Shown one piece after another: positions 34,619 to 45,160 of a DNA stretch of 64,000 bases. A program made the translations under genes and the position numbers. Positions within the stretch are counted from its first letter, which is position 1. The number at the start of each line of letters is the position of its first letter. Origin of the DNA: an uncultured Nitrososphaerales archaeon (GTDB lineage Archaea > Thermoproteota > Nitrososphaeria > Nitrososphaerales > Nitrososphaeraceae); assembly GCA_963713605.1 (NCBI GenBank), contig CAVQMO010000001.1:384001-448000 (forward strand), given 5' to 3'. The notes below the pieces were generated by a model. That model was given only the letters and a program-made list of their open reading frames with translations, had not been told where the DNA came from and did no database searches.

Positions 34619-37049
34619 TTACAAGCCCTTTGCATTTAGTAAAGGCCTGTTTGCTTCATCAGGATTTCCTGTGAAATACCCTTGACCCTCTCCGCTGCAA
34701 CCAGAAGACGGTTTTGTTCCGTTTGCATCAAGAGCGGCTTTGACTTGGGTCGGAGTAGCTCCAGGATGCGATGATTCGTACAATGCTATACCTCCGGTCA
34801 CATGTGGCGCAGCCATACTTGTTCCACTCAGTTGCGCATATTGTCCGTCAGTATATGTTGATAGGATGCCCACACCCGGTGACACTATATCAACAGGGGC
34901 TCCATAGTTACTAAACGAAGCAAAGGTGTCATCATTCCCATATTTAGTGGGTGATCCCTGCCCTCCGCATTTTCCGTCGCTATCAGCCATGGCAGATACG
35001 GCTATTACATTTGGATTTCGAGCCGGAGAGAATGAACTTGCATCCTTGTGATCGTTACCAGCTGCTACAACAAAGACAACACCTGCTCGTACCGCATTAT
35101 TGATGGCTGCATCCAATGCTGGTGAATTGCATTCACAGCCAAAGCTTAGGTTTACCACATCTATCTCATTTGAATGTGCAGTAACATAATCAATGCCCGC
35201 AATGATATCTGAAATAGAACCAGCACCGCTACTATCAAGAACCTTAATCGACCAGAGGCGTGCACCTGGAGCAACCCCAACAACCCCTATAGTATTATCC
35301 TTCGCTGCAGCTATCCCAGCCACGTGAGTCCCATGCCCATTGTCATCGTCCCCTGAAGAAGTGCTGGGTACAAATGTTTTCTCGTGATAGACATTCAAAT
35401 CAGGATGGGTAAGATCGATCCCCGTATCAAGAATTGCTATGTCTGCGTCAACACCTCCGCTCCCGTCTCCAGAAGCGGTTGGACTTGCATCCCCATCTAC
35501 TCTGTCTACTCCAACTGGAACTTTCTGACCCAAGACATGGACTCTCTGGTCAGGTTCGACGAACGCGACGCGAGGATCTTGCCTTAATTCTGAGACTAAC
35601 GCATCACTCATATTTTCTGATGTCTTCATTACATAACCATCAAGGGCATGTTCGTAGATGTTGAGAATCTCGGCGCCTTTAGTTCTTGATTCTTCTGCCA
35701 TTGCTCTTACCTCATCTGCCCTCATTCTAGCACTATCTGAACCACTAGTCGCAGTCGCTTCAGGTCTGAGTACAACTATAAATTGTCCTTTTATTGGTTC
35801 CCTAGCTGCCTTGATCAGTTCGTAACGATCATTCTGACTTCCCAGGATGACCTCTTCTAACGGAGTGAATTTATCTTTTGATTTTGGAGCAATCGTTTGG
35901 TTTGAAGTATTGGGGTCAGGAGCAATAATCTTGTTAGAAGCATTAATGTCCATAACTACGGTCGCATTATTACTACTTAGGCCGTATTTATCAACTGCCT
36001 TATACGTAAAGATATCTAGACCAGAGTAACCCTCGAAAGGAGTGTATCTAACACTGGCAGAATTTGTACCCGTGGTAAGATTTCCATGGTTAGGGAGATT
36101 GGTTATGTAATATGTTAAATGATCGATTAAATCTGAGTCACTACCATTCAAGGTGATTTCGAAGGAAGGCAGCAGGAGACACCATGGCATGGATATCTGA
36201 GACCACCGGTGCACTGTGCATGGTTGTTTCGTTAGTGTCGCTGGGGGAGCGGGAATCTCTAGCAAACGGAATGCCTTCTCTACTCACCCCAGGAGCAGTC
36301 GTAGGCTTCACATTAGGGTTCTCGGTGTTCACAGTTAGTTCACGTAATGCAATATCCTCGTTATTTTCAGAATCTCCGTAGAACGTGACCCTCAAATATC
36401 TTCCATCCGAAAGAGGGAACTTGTAGTGTTCCTTAGATTCAGTTGTTCCACTACTCGAGCTCCTTAATACATCTTCAAAATTTGTTCCATCCTTAGACAC
36501 CGACAATACAAAGTTATTTGATTTTTCATCTCCTTCTGACCAAGTCGCGTCGACTGAACAAATCTTTTTTACTATGCCAAGGTCTAACTGTAAGTAGGAC
36601 CCCAAGTCTGCCGCTAACCATTCCGTTTCAGAGTCGCCATCCAACACATTCATTGCGTCATCATCACCATTTTCATCCTCATCCCCATTGCTATGATCTT
36701 CGCTGGATGATACGGTTTGAATTGGCGCTTGCTTGCAGGATGTACTCTCTGTAGAATTTAGAATTGCCAGTTGGGAATTAAGACTTTGATCGGAAGACTT
36801 ATCTGAGATACTCGGCGATGATGATGATCTCTCCGAATCATCGTCTCCTGCATCTCCTTCATCTTCATCTGCCTTGACAAACATTGCGGCAGGAATCTGC
36901 GAGGTTATCGTTGAACCCAGGATTAGTAGAGTTATCGTAAGGTAGATTAGCAGTTGGGTACGGGCCAAATTTTGTCTAATATGAAATTTCATCACTTGAC
37001 TCACTTCCTCGCTATACTGGGATTCCTCTCTTTCCTGAATTCGCGACAT
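34619..37049 (-). CDS. Multidomain S8 subtilase: TM, discoidin, Ig-like, I9, S8 (frameshift at about 36180)
   Basis: ILDTG, HGTHVAG, GTSMAAP; NVLDGDSETEW..LQLDLG (F5/8C); YTP..GYSGLDIFTYKA (Ig-like); VAFVEPDQ (I9). Confidence 0.9.
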
Positions 37050-37276
37050 TTCCTTCTAAAGTGAGATGCAAACAAATGATGCGGAAATTTTTTGTCGAAG
37101 TCGGTAATATAGCGACTAGATCTTGTCATTTCATGCTCTTCGATGATAACTTAGTATTTATGCCGAGTCCAATTTTCTACAGTAAAGAATACGAGTGTTA
37201 AACTGAACTAAAGAGGTACCATGACTTTGTTTTCTCAGATTCAGCATTCTAAAAAGGTCTTCTTAATTAAGAGCGA

Positions 37277-37654
37277 TTATTTAAGAGGAGGTGAAAGCGT
37301 CATAGTTTGATCAAGTTCAACGCTTTTTACCCGCATGTCACTTACTAGTGAATACATGATTTCCGTCTTTTTATCCGGCGGTATCTGGACAGAAAAACCA
37401 TTTATGGAGTGGCTATAGACATGGGTCACGTTTGCACCTTTCTGCTCCATCGACTTTACTATATCATCCAAATCAGCAGACGAACTTTGATTTTTCAATG
37501 TGACTATATAGGTCTCAGCATCAATTAAGCCGTCGTCCTGCGCATCCACGCTGTCCAGTACAAAAATGGATTGCAACATTAGGACTGCGCTGAAAACCAG
37601 GGCAGTAGCGAGAACGATTACAATCAAATCATAACCTTGAGGAGTTAAATTCAC
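37277..37654 (-). CDS. Stand-alone secreted peptidase inhibitor I9 domain protein
   Basis: Signal/TM, YIVTLK, HVYSHSINGFSV, VKSVELDQ. Confidence 0.85.
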   Translation of the reverse strand: MNLTPQGYDLIVIVLATALVFSAVLMLQSIFVLDSVDAQDDGLIDAETYIVTLKNQSSSADLDDIVKSMEQKGANVTHVYSHSINGFSVQIPPDKKTEIMYSLVSDMRVKSVELDQTMTLSPPLK

Positions 37655-37865
37655 GCTGTTTCTATTGAGTTGATCATAATATTTATCAATTACTTCGAAA
37701 AAGCTCTTGTAAATTTATGAACGCCTGACAATTGCCGCATTGTTCTACGTCCTACTGCCAGTCAATGGCTGATTGGCCATCTGCTCCGCAGTCATTCATA
37801 AGTTTCTAAAACGAAGTGATACATAGTAAACAATTATCTTAAATGTCCATTTGTAGATCACATCT

Positions 37866-38801
37866 ATGAGAAGCAAGTCCATGTCGAGAGCTTGGCAACG
37901 AAGGGATACAGGACTAACAATACGGATGATAACGAGCTTCATTATACTTACGGTGCTCTATCTTGTTTTTCTTGGCGCACTGGTATACCTAGGGGTGGGC
38001 TTTATACCGATTACAATTATCGCGTCGGTACTGATCATAGCACAATGGTACTTTTCAGACAAGATTGTTCTATGGAGCTCAGGTGCAAAGGTGGTGACTA
38101 GAGAGCAATTTCCTGAGTTGCATGGATTGGTGGAAAGAATAGTTGCAAGGAACAATCTTCCCAAACCAAAGATTGCAGTAATAAATTCGGCAATCCCAAA
38201 TGCATTCGCTACAGGAAAAAGTCAAAGGAGCTCGGTAGTTGCCGTAACCACGGGATTGATGGACATCCTAAACAGCGATGAACTTGAAGGTGTTATAGGC
38301 CACGAGTTGACACATATTAGGAACAGAGACGTTTTGGTGATAACACTAGCCAGTCTCTTCTCGACTGTAGCGTGGTACCTGATGCAGTTTGGTTTCTATG
38401 GAGGGTTCTACGGAGGGGGAATGGGTGGTGGATATGGCGGAGGGAGAGATCGAGGCGGTGGAGGTGGGGCAATCTTGATCATGTTAGCAGTGGCCGCCGT
38501 TACTTGGCTTGTCAGCTTTCTGGTTATCCGAGCTATTTCAAGGTATAGAGAGTTCGCTGCTGACAGAGGATCGGCACAGATGACAGGAAAACCGGTACAG
38601 TTAGCAAACGCACTTATGAAGATAAGCGGTACGATGCAGCGTGTGCCAAATAACGATCTACGCAAAGTAGAAGGACTTAATGCCTTTTTCATTATTCCAG
38701 TACACTCTGACCGTCACACGATAGCTAACCTTTTTTCGACCCATCCTCCTGTTCAGATGCGGGTTCAAAAACTTCTAGAGATGGAGGCGTCGATGGCGTG
38801 A
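37866..38801 (+). CDS. htpX: Zinc metalloprotease HtpX
   Basis: PNAFATG, HELTH, SRYREFAAD, STHPP. Confidence 0.95.
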   Translation: MRSKSMSRAWQRRDTGLTIRMITSFIILTVLYLVFLGALVYLGVGFIPITIIASVLIIAQWYFSDKIVLWSSGAKVVTREQFPELHGLVERIVARNNLPKPKIAVINSAIPNAFATGKSQRSSVVAVTTGLMDILNSDELEGVIGHELTHIRNRDVLVITLASLFSTVAWYLMQFGFYGGFYGGGMGGGYGGGRDRGGGGGAILIMLAVAAVTWLVSFLVIRAISRYREFAADRGSAQMTGKPVQLANALMKISGTMQRVPNNDLRKVEGLNAFFIIPVHSDRHTIANLFSTHPPVQMRVQKLLEMEASMA

Positions 38802-39430
38802 TAGACTCCTTGCTCAAAAGACTAGGTAAAGGCGGTTCAAATAAGAGGAGCAAGGATTATCGTGAAGAAGGAATATTCTCACTTACTTCCGCGTATATTA
38901 CACTCGAGACTAAATTAAGGTTGACCAGCACTAATAGGTGTGGAATTTGCATCAAAAATGTGAATGGGACACACTTTTCAGATACCATCAATGAAGTACG
39001 AGACTTCTTAAGAATAAGTAGTAGCGAATTTCATACACAACATATTCTAACTAATGACAAATACGGCTACCTATGGATCATGTTAAAGGGGATCAGCATT
39101 GAAGATATTTTGGTGGTGTCAAACGGAATTGCAGATGTTGTCACAGAACAGGGATTTAGGGATGAGATGCTGGCAGCGGTATTTGAATTCAGGAAAACTG
39201 TTGCTTCCAACTCCGAGTTAGACAGCCCCCAACCTGAACCCCAATTTTTGATCTTTAATTACAAGAGAGAGAAATTCTACCCCTTTGTTCCGTTAGGTGC
39301 TCAAGAGAAGAGGCGTAGTGATTGCGAACTGACGCTCATGTCTATTATTTCAAGGGAAGTCCCTTGGGAAAATGATATGACCGTATGGTATCCTATGTGG
39401 GACATGCCTTTTGATAAATTGAGGGTTTAA
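38798..39430 (+). CDS. PspA-associated protein B (PspAB)-like
   Basis: IFSLTSAYITLE, DKYGYLWI, NYKREKFYPFVP, WYPMW; overlaps the htpX stop. Confidence 0.8.
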   Translation: MIDSLLKRLGKGGSNKRSKDYREEGIFSLTSAYITLETKLRLTSTNRCGICIKNVNGTHFSDTINEVRDFLRISSSEFHTQHILTNDKYGYLWIMLKGISIEDILVVSNGIADVVTEQGFRDEMLAAVFEFRKTVASNSELDSPQPEPQFLIFNYKREKFYPFVPLGAQEKRRSDCELTLMSIISREVPWENDMTVWYPMWDMPFDKLRV

Positions 39431-39444
39431 CCGTAGCCGAAACA

Positions 39445-40068
39445 CTAGTCAAGCCCGGGGATAATTCCCTCACCATGGAAGATTTTACTGGCTTCTTCAA
39501 TTGTTAAATCGCTGCCCGGTAGAATGATGTCAGAAGTTACTATCACCGTTGGATCTAGCAGCTTTCCTTTTTTAGTAACGATTTCTCCGAGCTGTTCAAT
39601 CTTCATTTTGAATTCCTCATCTGTCAAATTTTCCTTTTCAAACCTACGTACGATTGAATTATCAATCGCATTCAATTTTCTCAAAGTTTCTGAATCAACC
39701 GAGAATTGCCCGTGGCCCAGAACTCTAATGATTTTCTTCTTTACTCCTCTTGCAGATGTTGGCTTCTTAGGGGAACTTCTGAGTGCTCTCGAACTGCCCT
39801 TAGTCTTCTGAATGACACTTTTCCTAGATGCTCGTGCTCTTGAAGAGCGTACTCTTGTAGATTTTGCTTTACTACCCTTCTGTGTTCTTTGTTTCGTTAC
39901 TTTGACTGGAGAGAGCGAACTCTTCTTCCTTGTGCTCTTGCCACCTCCTTTGATTAGAAAACGTTTCATTGATGATGGCTTCCTTAAGTTAGACTTTGGT
40001 TTCCTGCCCTTTCTATTATCTGATCTGGTAGAAGAAGAATTACTCTCTTTTTTTCTAATCCGCCTCAT
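39445..40068 (-). CDS. PspA-associated protein A (PspAA)-like with long basic N-terminal extension
   Basis: IIRVLGHGQF...LNAIDN...SDIILPGSDLT..GEGIIPG; ATGA overlap with pspA. Confidence 0.82.
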   Translation of the reverse strand: MRRIRKKESNSSSTRSDNRKGRKPKSNLRKPSSMKRFLIKGGGKSTRKKSSLSPVKVTKQRTQKGSKAKSTRVRSSRARASRKSVIQKTKGSSRALRSSPKKPTSARGVKKKIIRVLGHGQFSVDSETLRKLNAIDNSIVRRFEKENLTDEEFKMKIEQLGEIVTKKGKLLDPTVIVTSDIILPGSDLTIEEASKIFHGEGIIPGLD

Positions 40069-40805
40069 GAGGTTGCTTCCTGCTCTTGTTCCATGACCTG
40101 CTTCTTCTTTCGAAGTTTTTCGGCCTTCAACTTCGCCAATTCTTCCTCTACAGACTTATCAACTGTAATCTGTTCAAGCTCACTCTCGATTTCGTCTTTG
40201 TTAGAAGTATAGTCTACCAAGACGCCCGAATCAATCATCTCATCCAATGCCTGCGCTTTTGACTTCATTCTTTCAGCTTTCTCCTCTACCCTATTCATGG
40301 CCATGCCGACGTCGGTCATTTCCTCGGATATTCCTGTAATACTCTCCTTAATTCTGACCTGTGCCTCGGCTGAAGAATATTGAGCCTTAATCACCTCTTT
40401 TTTGGATTTAAATTCCTCTACTTTAGCAGATAGTCTCTTTTCAGTTTGTTCTAATTTCTCCTGTTCCGCCTGCATTTCTGCGATCTGCCTGTCCAGTCCC
40501 TGCATTTGAATCAGATTTGCATTCTTTCTCTGAAGAGCAAGCTTGGCAAGATCTTCTCTATTAGAATCAAGGGATCGCCTTGCTTGCTCATCCAATGTTC
40601 TTATATTGTCCCATAATCGAGCCTTCTGCATTTCCAGTCTTTTCTTCGATGTAACAACCTCAGCCATGTCCCGACGGAGACGATTGACTAGCTCTCTTTG
40701 TTTTTCGTATGAGTAATCAAGGGCTTGCCGCGGATCCTCATATTTATCAACTAGGTAATTTGCCTTTTGCTTGATAACAGTCGAAATTCTATTAAGTAAT
40801 CCCAA
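40065..40805 (-). CDS. pspA: PspA/IM30 family protein
   Basis: MGLLNRISTVIK..EDP..L, coiled coil, VEEELAKLKAE. Confidence 0.93.
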   Translation of the reverse strand: MGLLNRISTVIKQKANYLVDKYEDPRQALDYSYEKQRELVNRLRRDMAEVVTSKKRLEMQKARLWDNIRTLDEQARRSLDSNREDLAKLALQRKNANLIQMQGLDRQIAEMQAEQEKLEQTEKRLSAKVEEFKSKKEVIKAQYSSAEAQVRIKESITGISEEMTDVGMAMNRVEEKAERMKSKAQALDEMIDSGVLVDYTSNKDEIESELEQITVDKSVEEELAKLKAEKLRKKKQVMEQEQEATS

Positions 40806-40879
40806 TTACTTTCTACTAGCTAATTTGTACAAAAATAATTATTAAATGTGACTAATCAAGTAAGAGAGAATGAATTTCA

Positions 40880-41197
40880 TCATCGGAAGTCATATCCTAA
40901 TCTCCTTCTCTCATGTTCATCAGGTGGACCTTCGTCGTCTTTCTTTTTAAAGTAACCCCACCACAATAAAAAACCTCCCGCTACCAACATCGCAATTACA
41001 AATTTTTCATTGTTAAGGTAAGGGTTAAAGTACCTAGCAAATGCCGATTCAAATGGGGGATTCACTGATTCAGGTGCGTAAGTAACAAGCACTATATTCC
41101 GAATAGTGATGATCATTGCCATAACGATAAAGAGTACCCCCATCGCGGACATCCAATTTCTGCCGCGATTGTTATTTTCTTTTTTAGTAAAGATCAT
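40880..41197 (-). CDS. Small 2-TM membrane protein
   Basis: Two hydrophobic helices, NEKF motif. Confidence 0.65.
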   Translation of the reverse strand: MIFTKKENNNRGRNWMSAMGVLFIVMAMIITIRNIVLVTYAPESVNPPFESAFARYFNPYLNNEKFVIAMLVAGGFLLWWGYFKKKDDEGPPDEHERRRLGYDFR

Positions 41198-41209
41198 TTC
41201 TAATGGGAT

Positions 41210-41885
41210 TCAAGTCAGCATTAATCCCGGGTGTTTAATTTTATTCCTTTTTGAGGCGTTTAGCAACATGGGGGTTAATATTTCCGCTTGGTAGCTCATC
41301 GACAATGGCCCCAGATAGATTGGCCGAAGTCCATTAATGTCTGCTATTAATGAATTAATTGTTGATACATTGTTTTGGTCATCACCGCATACGAAAGTGT
41401 CACCGGTCAGATTTTGTTTGACATCCTTCAATTTAACCTCTGATATTGTGTGGAACGCCGAGACGATTCTTTCTCTGGGTCGAATGTAATCCGAGACCAG
41501 CTCAGCGGCAGATTTTACTCCTTCCTCTAAAGGCAAGTATGTGAACCCTTTATCCTCCCTTCTCATGGGAACTATGGGTGTTACTATTATGCATTTGGGG
41601 CTAATCCTCTCTGAGATGCCAGCGCACGTGCTTTCGGTTGATTCATAGGGAATAGACAAAATGACCAAGTCGCAGATTTCGGATAGTCGGACATTTTCTT
41701 CCCCACTGATATTTCCAGTCATATTGTTACCGTAGGTCTCCCTAGCCGAAATCATATATTGTTTTGCTCGCTTCATTTGCTCTGGTTGCATCGCGAGACC
41801 CAATAAAAATGTCGTGCTTCAAGCACCAACGTAGTGCAAACCCCTCTCCCATTCCTCCTGTTCCGCCGACAATACCGATCTTCAT
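41210..41885 (-). CDS. npdG: NADPH-dependent F420 reductase (frameshift at about 41760)
   Basis: MKIGIVGGTGGMGEGFALRW..IGSRD read by hand; SAAE, SAFHTIS, VCGDD. Confidence 0.9.
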
Positions 41886-42019
41886 CCTATTCAGATCCAA
41901 CAGGCTCAAGTATGAAAACATTTTCTGGAACTTCTTAATTGGTTACCATCTTCGTTTGTTAATACTCTTAACAATGCGTTTTAATAGGTAAGGAATGACT
42001 ACGATCTTGAAGATTTAGG

Positions 42020-42643
42020 TTGCCGTTGACGATTATGATGCGACATGGACAGGCAGAGAATAATGTTAATAAGATTTTGGTAGGTAGGCACGTTGAAGCA
42101 CATCTTACAGAATACGGAAAGCGGCAGGTTGCAGACACAGCGATGTACTTGAAGGAAATACCGATAACCAGGATACTAGTTAGCCCGGTAATTAGAACGA
42201 TTGAAACTGCGAAAATAGTATGTGAGATATTAGGTAGCACCTATGAGATCGACGAACGGCTCTATGAGATAGAGCTAGGAAAACTGGTTGGCATGAATTA
42301 TGAAGAAATTGTTCAAAAATATGGCAATCTCTTCTTAAAATTTTATTCCGGCAATGATCCGACTTTGCTTAGCTACGGCGTAGAATCATTCACATCTGTA
42401 AAAAATCGTATAAACAATCTGCTCGAAGAACTTGGACACAAATGCGAGGATGAGAATGTCCTTCTAATAACTCATCTAGATCCGATTAAAGCAGCAATTT
42501 CGATTCTTTTAGATCTTAATCCGAAGTCCCTTTATAGATGGCACATCCGCAACGCGTCTTTAACAATACTAAGGCAAGAGAGCCAGATCTATTCACTTTC
42601 GGCTGTAAATTTGATGAGTATCAATAGATATTTTGAAGAATAG
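42020..42643 (+). CDS. Histidine phosphatase / phosphoglycerate mutase family protein
   Basis: MRHGQA, SPVIRTIETA, ITHLDP. Confidence 0.92.
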   Translation: MPLTIMMRHGQAENNVNKILVGRHVEAHLTEYGKRQVADTAMYLKEIPITRILVSPVIRTIETAKIVCEILGSTYEIDERLYEIELGKLVGMNYEEIVQKYGNLFLKFYSGNDPTLLSYGVESFTSVKNRINNLLEELGHKCEDENVLLITHLDPIKAAISILLDLNPKSLYRWHIRNASLTILRQESQIYSLSAVNLMSINRYFEE

Positions 42644-42804
42644 TAGGGTTCCTCTTGAGTAAAAAATTCACATCCTCATCTTCATCGTTTTTCCCGTCAT
42701 CAACCTTGATACAACTCAAGTCACTTCTAGAAGGCCAGAGAGTTGACACAGTATCATTGCATAACAAATTAAATAGTTTGAGACCTCACTAAATCACATC
42801 CCAG

Positions 42805-43947
42805 ATGGATTTATTCACTAGGGCTCAGGCGCACATATCGGGATATTGTAATGATTTTATCTCCTTAAAATTATTCTTCTTCTGTTTGTCACTTATTATA
42901 CTTGGCTTTGCCTCTTCTAACATTGCATTTTCTCATCTAGAACACCTACCTCATTATAATGGGGGCTTCTCTGGCGTTGGTAAATATTACATATTTCAAG
43001 GCATGGAGCCTGACTATCCACGACCTGCAGAGCCAGCGGGAATTGTCTTTAGCATTCAAGACAACAAAGGAAACGACATGACAAACATTGTAACTATGGT
43101 TGAAATCTATGATGAGAAATCTGGCGACCGTATTGCAGTATTTCCATGGACCAAGCACGATGTGGGCGATTTCAGGCTCTATTATACATTTCCACAAATT
43201 GGTAATTATGTACTCGTCGTGAGCGTGGCTGATGATCTACCTGCTAGTGAGAGCAAAATCGGCCTTTCAGGTCCGGCGAGGAGTACCCTTCTGGATAGAT
43301 CGGATTGTGGCTGTGAACGAGGTTTGATGAATATTTCTGTAACTAATAACTTTGGCACGATCTATTACAGTTCAATTTTCACCGGAATTTTTATGGGCAT
43401 CGCAGTATTAGGTGCGGTTCTTGGCCTTATCTTTCTCAAGAGAAGAAAGACAATCATGTCTGCAAATATCAGAGATAGGCAAGTCTTGAAGTATTGCATA
43501 TTGTTCTTAGCGATGGCATCGGGGTTTGTACATATAGCGGTCTTCCCTGGACACGCTTCTTTAAGAATTGAATATAGCATCTTCCTCTTTACCGCGGGAG
43601 CGGCTCAATTCACATATGGGATGGTTTACGTATTAATTTCATTAAACGAATCCAAGATTTCAAATGATATAGCCTCTGTCAGAAAACACTATCGGAAAAC
43701 TGCGGTTTTGAACATGTTTGGTCTGATCGGCAGCTCTGTATTACTTGGCCTATATCTTTACTCTGTTATCTTTCCACCTCCGTTATCTCCTAACAATGTT
43801 GCTGAGCAGGTAGAGGTGGCAGGTGTAATTGCTAAATCGACTGAGGCTATATTGGTGGGAGGCGTTGTGTACCTCATGATCTGGGAACGTCGAAGGTTTA
43901 GATCTGAGTTGATCCGATACCAGCAACAATCGGGAAGTCAATTATGA
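42805..43947 (+). CDS. Multi-TM membrane protein with an extracytoplasmic beta domain
   Basis: Signal, HLEHLPH, YTFPQIGNY beta domain, 5 TM helices. Confidence 0.7.
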   Translation: MDLFTRAQAHISGYCNDFISLKLFFFCLSLIILGFASSNIAFSHLEHLPHYNGGFSGVGKYYIFQGMEPDYPRPAEPAGIVFSIQDNKGNDMTNIVTMVEIYDEKSGDRIAVFPWTKHDVGDFRLYYTFPQIGNYVLVVSVADDLPASESKIGLSGPARSTLLDRSDCGCERGLMNISVTNNFGTIYYSSIFTGIFMGIAVLGAVLGLIFLKRRKTIMSANIRDRQVLKYCILFLAMASGFVHIAVFPGHASLRIEYSIFLFTAGAAQFTYGMVYVLISLNESKISNDIASVRKHYRKTAVLNMFGLIGSSVLLGLYLYSVIFPPPLSPNNVAEQVEVAGVIAKSTEAILVGGVVYLMIWERRRFRSELIRYQQQSGSQL

Positions 43948-44047
43948 AGGAACCAGTTTTGATTTTTGTAGAAATTGTAGCCTATGACTGATATTAGAAA
44001 CCTTAAATTAGAAGTACAGGACTAATGAGCTAACGAGTGGATCTGCA

Positions 44048-44324
44048 GTGGTATCTAGATTAACAATATCTTGGACCATGATAGGATGTCTATCAGTTAT
44101 AGGTTATTTGTCTATTTTCGGTAGCACTTTCACGGATGTTCTTGCTCAGGAAGCTGAAGGAGCTTATCGTAAGAAGAGTAGCGATATGGGACCTATTCTA
44201 TCAAGGTATGGTAGCGGCTTTTGTAGTCGGAGCGCTGGTACAGGGTACATTAATTTACATCTATTGGCGATTTAGAGAATCCAATCCCAAAAACAAACCG
44301 CGAACCGAAAAGAAGGAGGCATAA
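44048..44324 (+). CDS. Small membrane protein upstream of coxB, resembling the first TM of Cox2 (frameshift at about 44170)
   Basis: Signal...AQEAEG then IWDLFYQGMVAAFVVGALVQGTLIYIYWRFRE. Confidence 0.7.
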
Positions 44325-44329
44325 CGAAA

Positions 44330-45160
44330 ATGGGTCATGCTACCGTAGAATGGATCTATGTGGGCGCTGTAATATCAATTCTATGTTGGGTAGGTGCCTC
44401 TGCATGGAACGTAGAACACGAAATTGAGGCTGCACCTCCGGACGCGGAGACTATCAAGGTTATTGGACAGCAATGGTTTTGGACTTTTGAGCATGAGGAC
44501 GGAACAAAAGAGGTTGGGGAACTACACGTCAAACAGAATGTCCCGTACAGATTTGAAATTACCTCTCAAGATGTTATCCACGATTTCAATGTCCCTGATT
44601 TCGTCATTTTGATGGATGCCGTTCCAGGGAGGATTAACACACTCTGGAATGTATTTGATGTTCCAGGGGAATATTTGATCCAGTGCAGGGAATACTGCGG
44701 TCTGCTTCATTATAATATGAGAGCTAAATTGTTGGTTGAACCTGCCTCTGCAGAGTCAGCAGAATCGCCTCAGTCAGCCCCTACAACAGCAGGTGCACCA
44801 GTTGCATCACCTTCAGCTGCTCCAGGGAACCAAACTAACCAATCCAGCACCACAGCAGGACCTTCAGTGACTCTTACTATTCCAGAAGGCGCATCAGTAC
44901 AAGGAAATCCAGCATATGATCCAGATCCATTAACCGTCTCTGTAGGAGACGTAGTGGAGGTATCAAATAAAGACACAGTACCCCATACAGCCACAAGTGG
45001 TTCTGGGCCGGAAGATCCTGAATCAGGAAGTCAGTTTGACACAAGCATTATAGATGCAGGCGCAACTGCACAGATAGATACCGCCACACTTACAGCTGGA
45101 GACCATCCATTCTACTGTTCGGTACACCCGTACATGCTAGGTACTATGACAGTCCAATAG
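44330..45160 (+). CDS. coxB: Heme-copper oxidase subunit II with fused C-terminal cupredoxin
   Basis: GQQWFW, DVIH, CuA motif CREYCGLLHYNM; C-terminal YCSVHPYM. Confidence 0.93.
   Translation: MGHATVEWIYVGAVISILCWVGASAWNVEHEIEAAPPDAETIKVIGQQWFWTFEHEDGTKEVGELHVKQNVPYRFEITSQDVIHDFNVPDFVILMDAVPGRINTLWNVFDVPGEYLIQCREYCGLLHYNMRAKLLVEPASAESAESPQSAPTTAGAPVASPSAAPGNQTNQSSTTAGPSVTLTIPEGASVQGNPAYDPDPLTVSVGDVVEVSNKDTVPHTATSGSGPEDPESGSQFDTSIIDAGATAQIDTATLTAGDHPFYCSVHPYMLGTMTVQ
44873..45144 (+). repeat. 272-bp direct repeat, copy 1 (cupredoxin-coding)
   Basis: Matches 47612-47883 with 2 substitutions by manual alignment. Confidence 0.95.
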
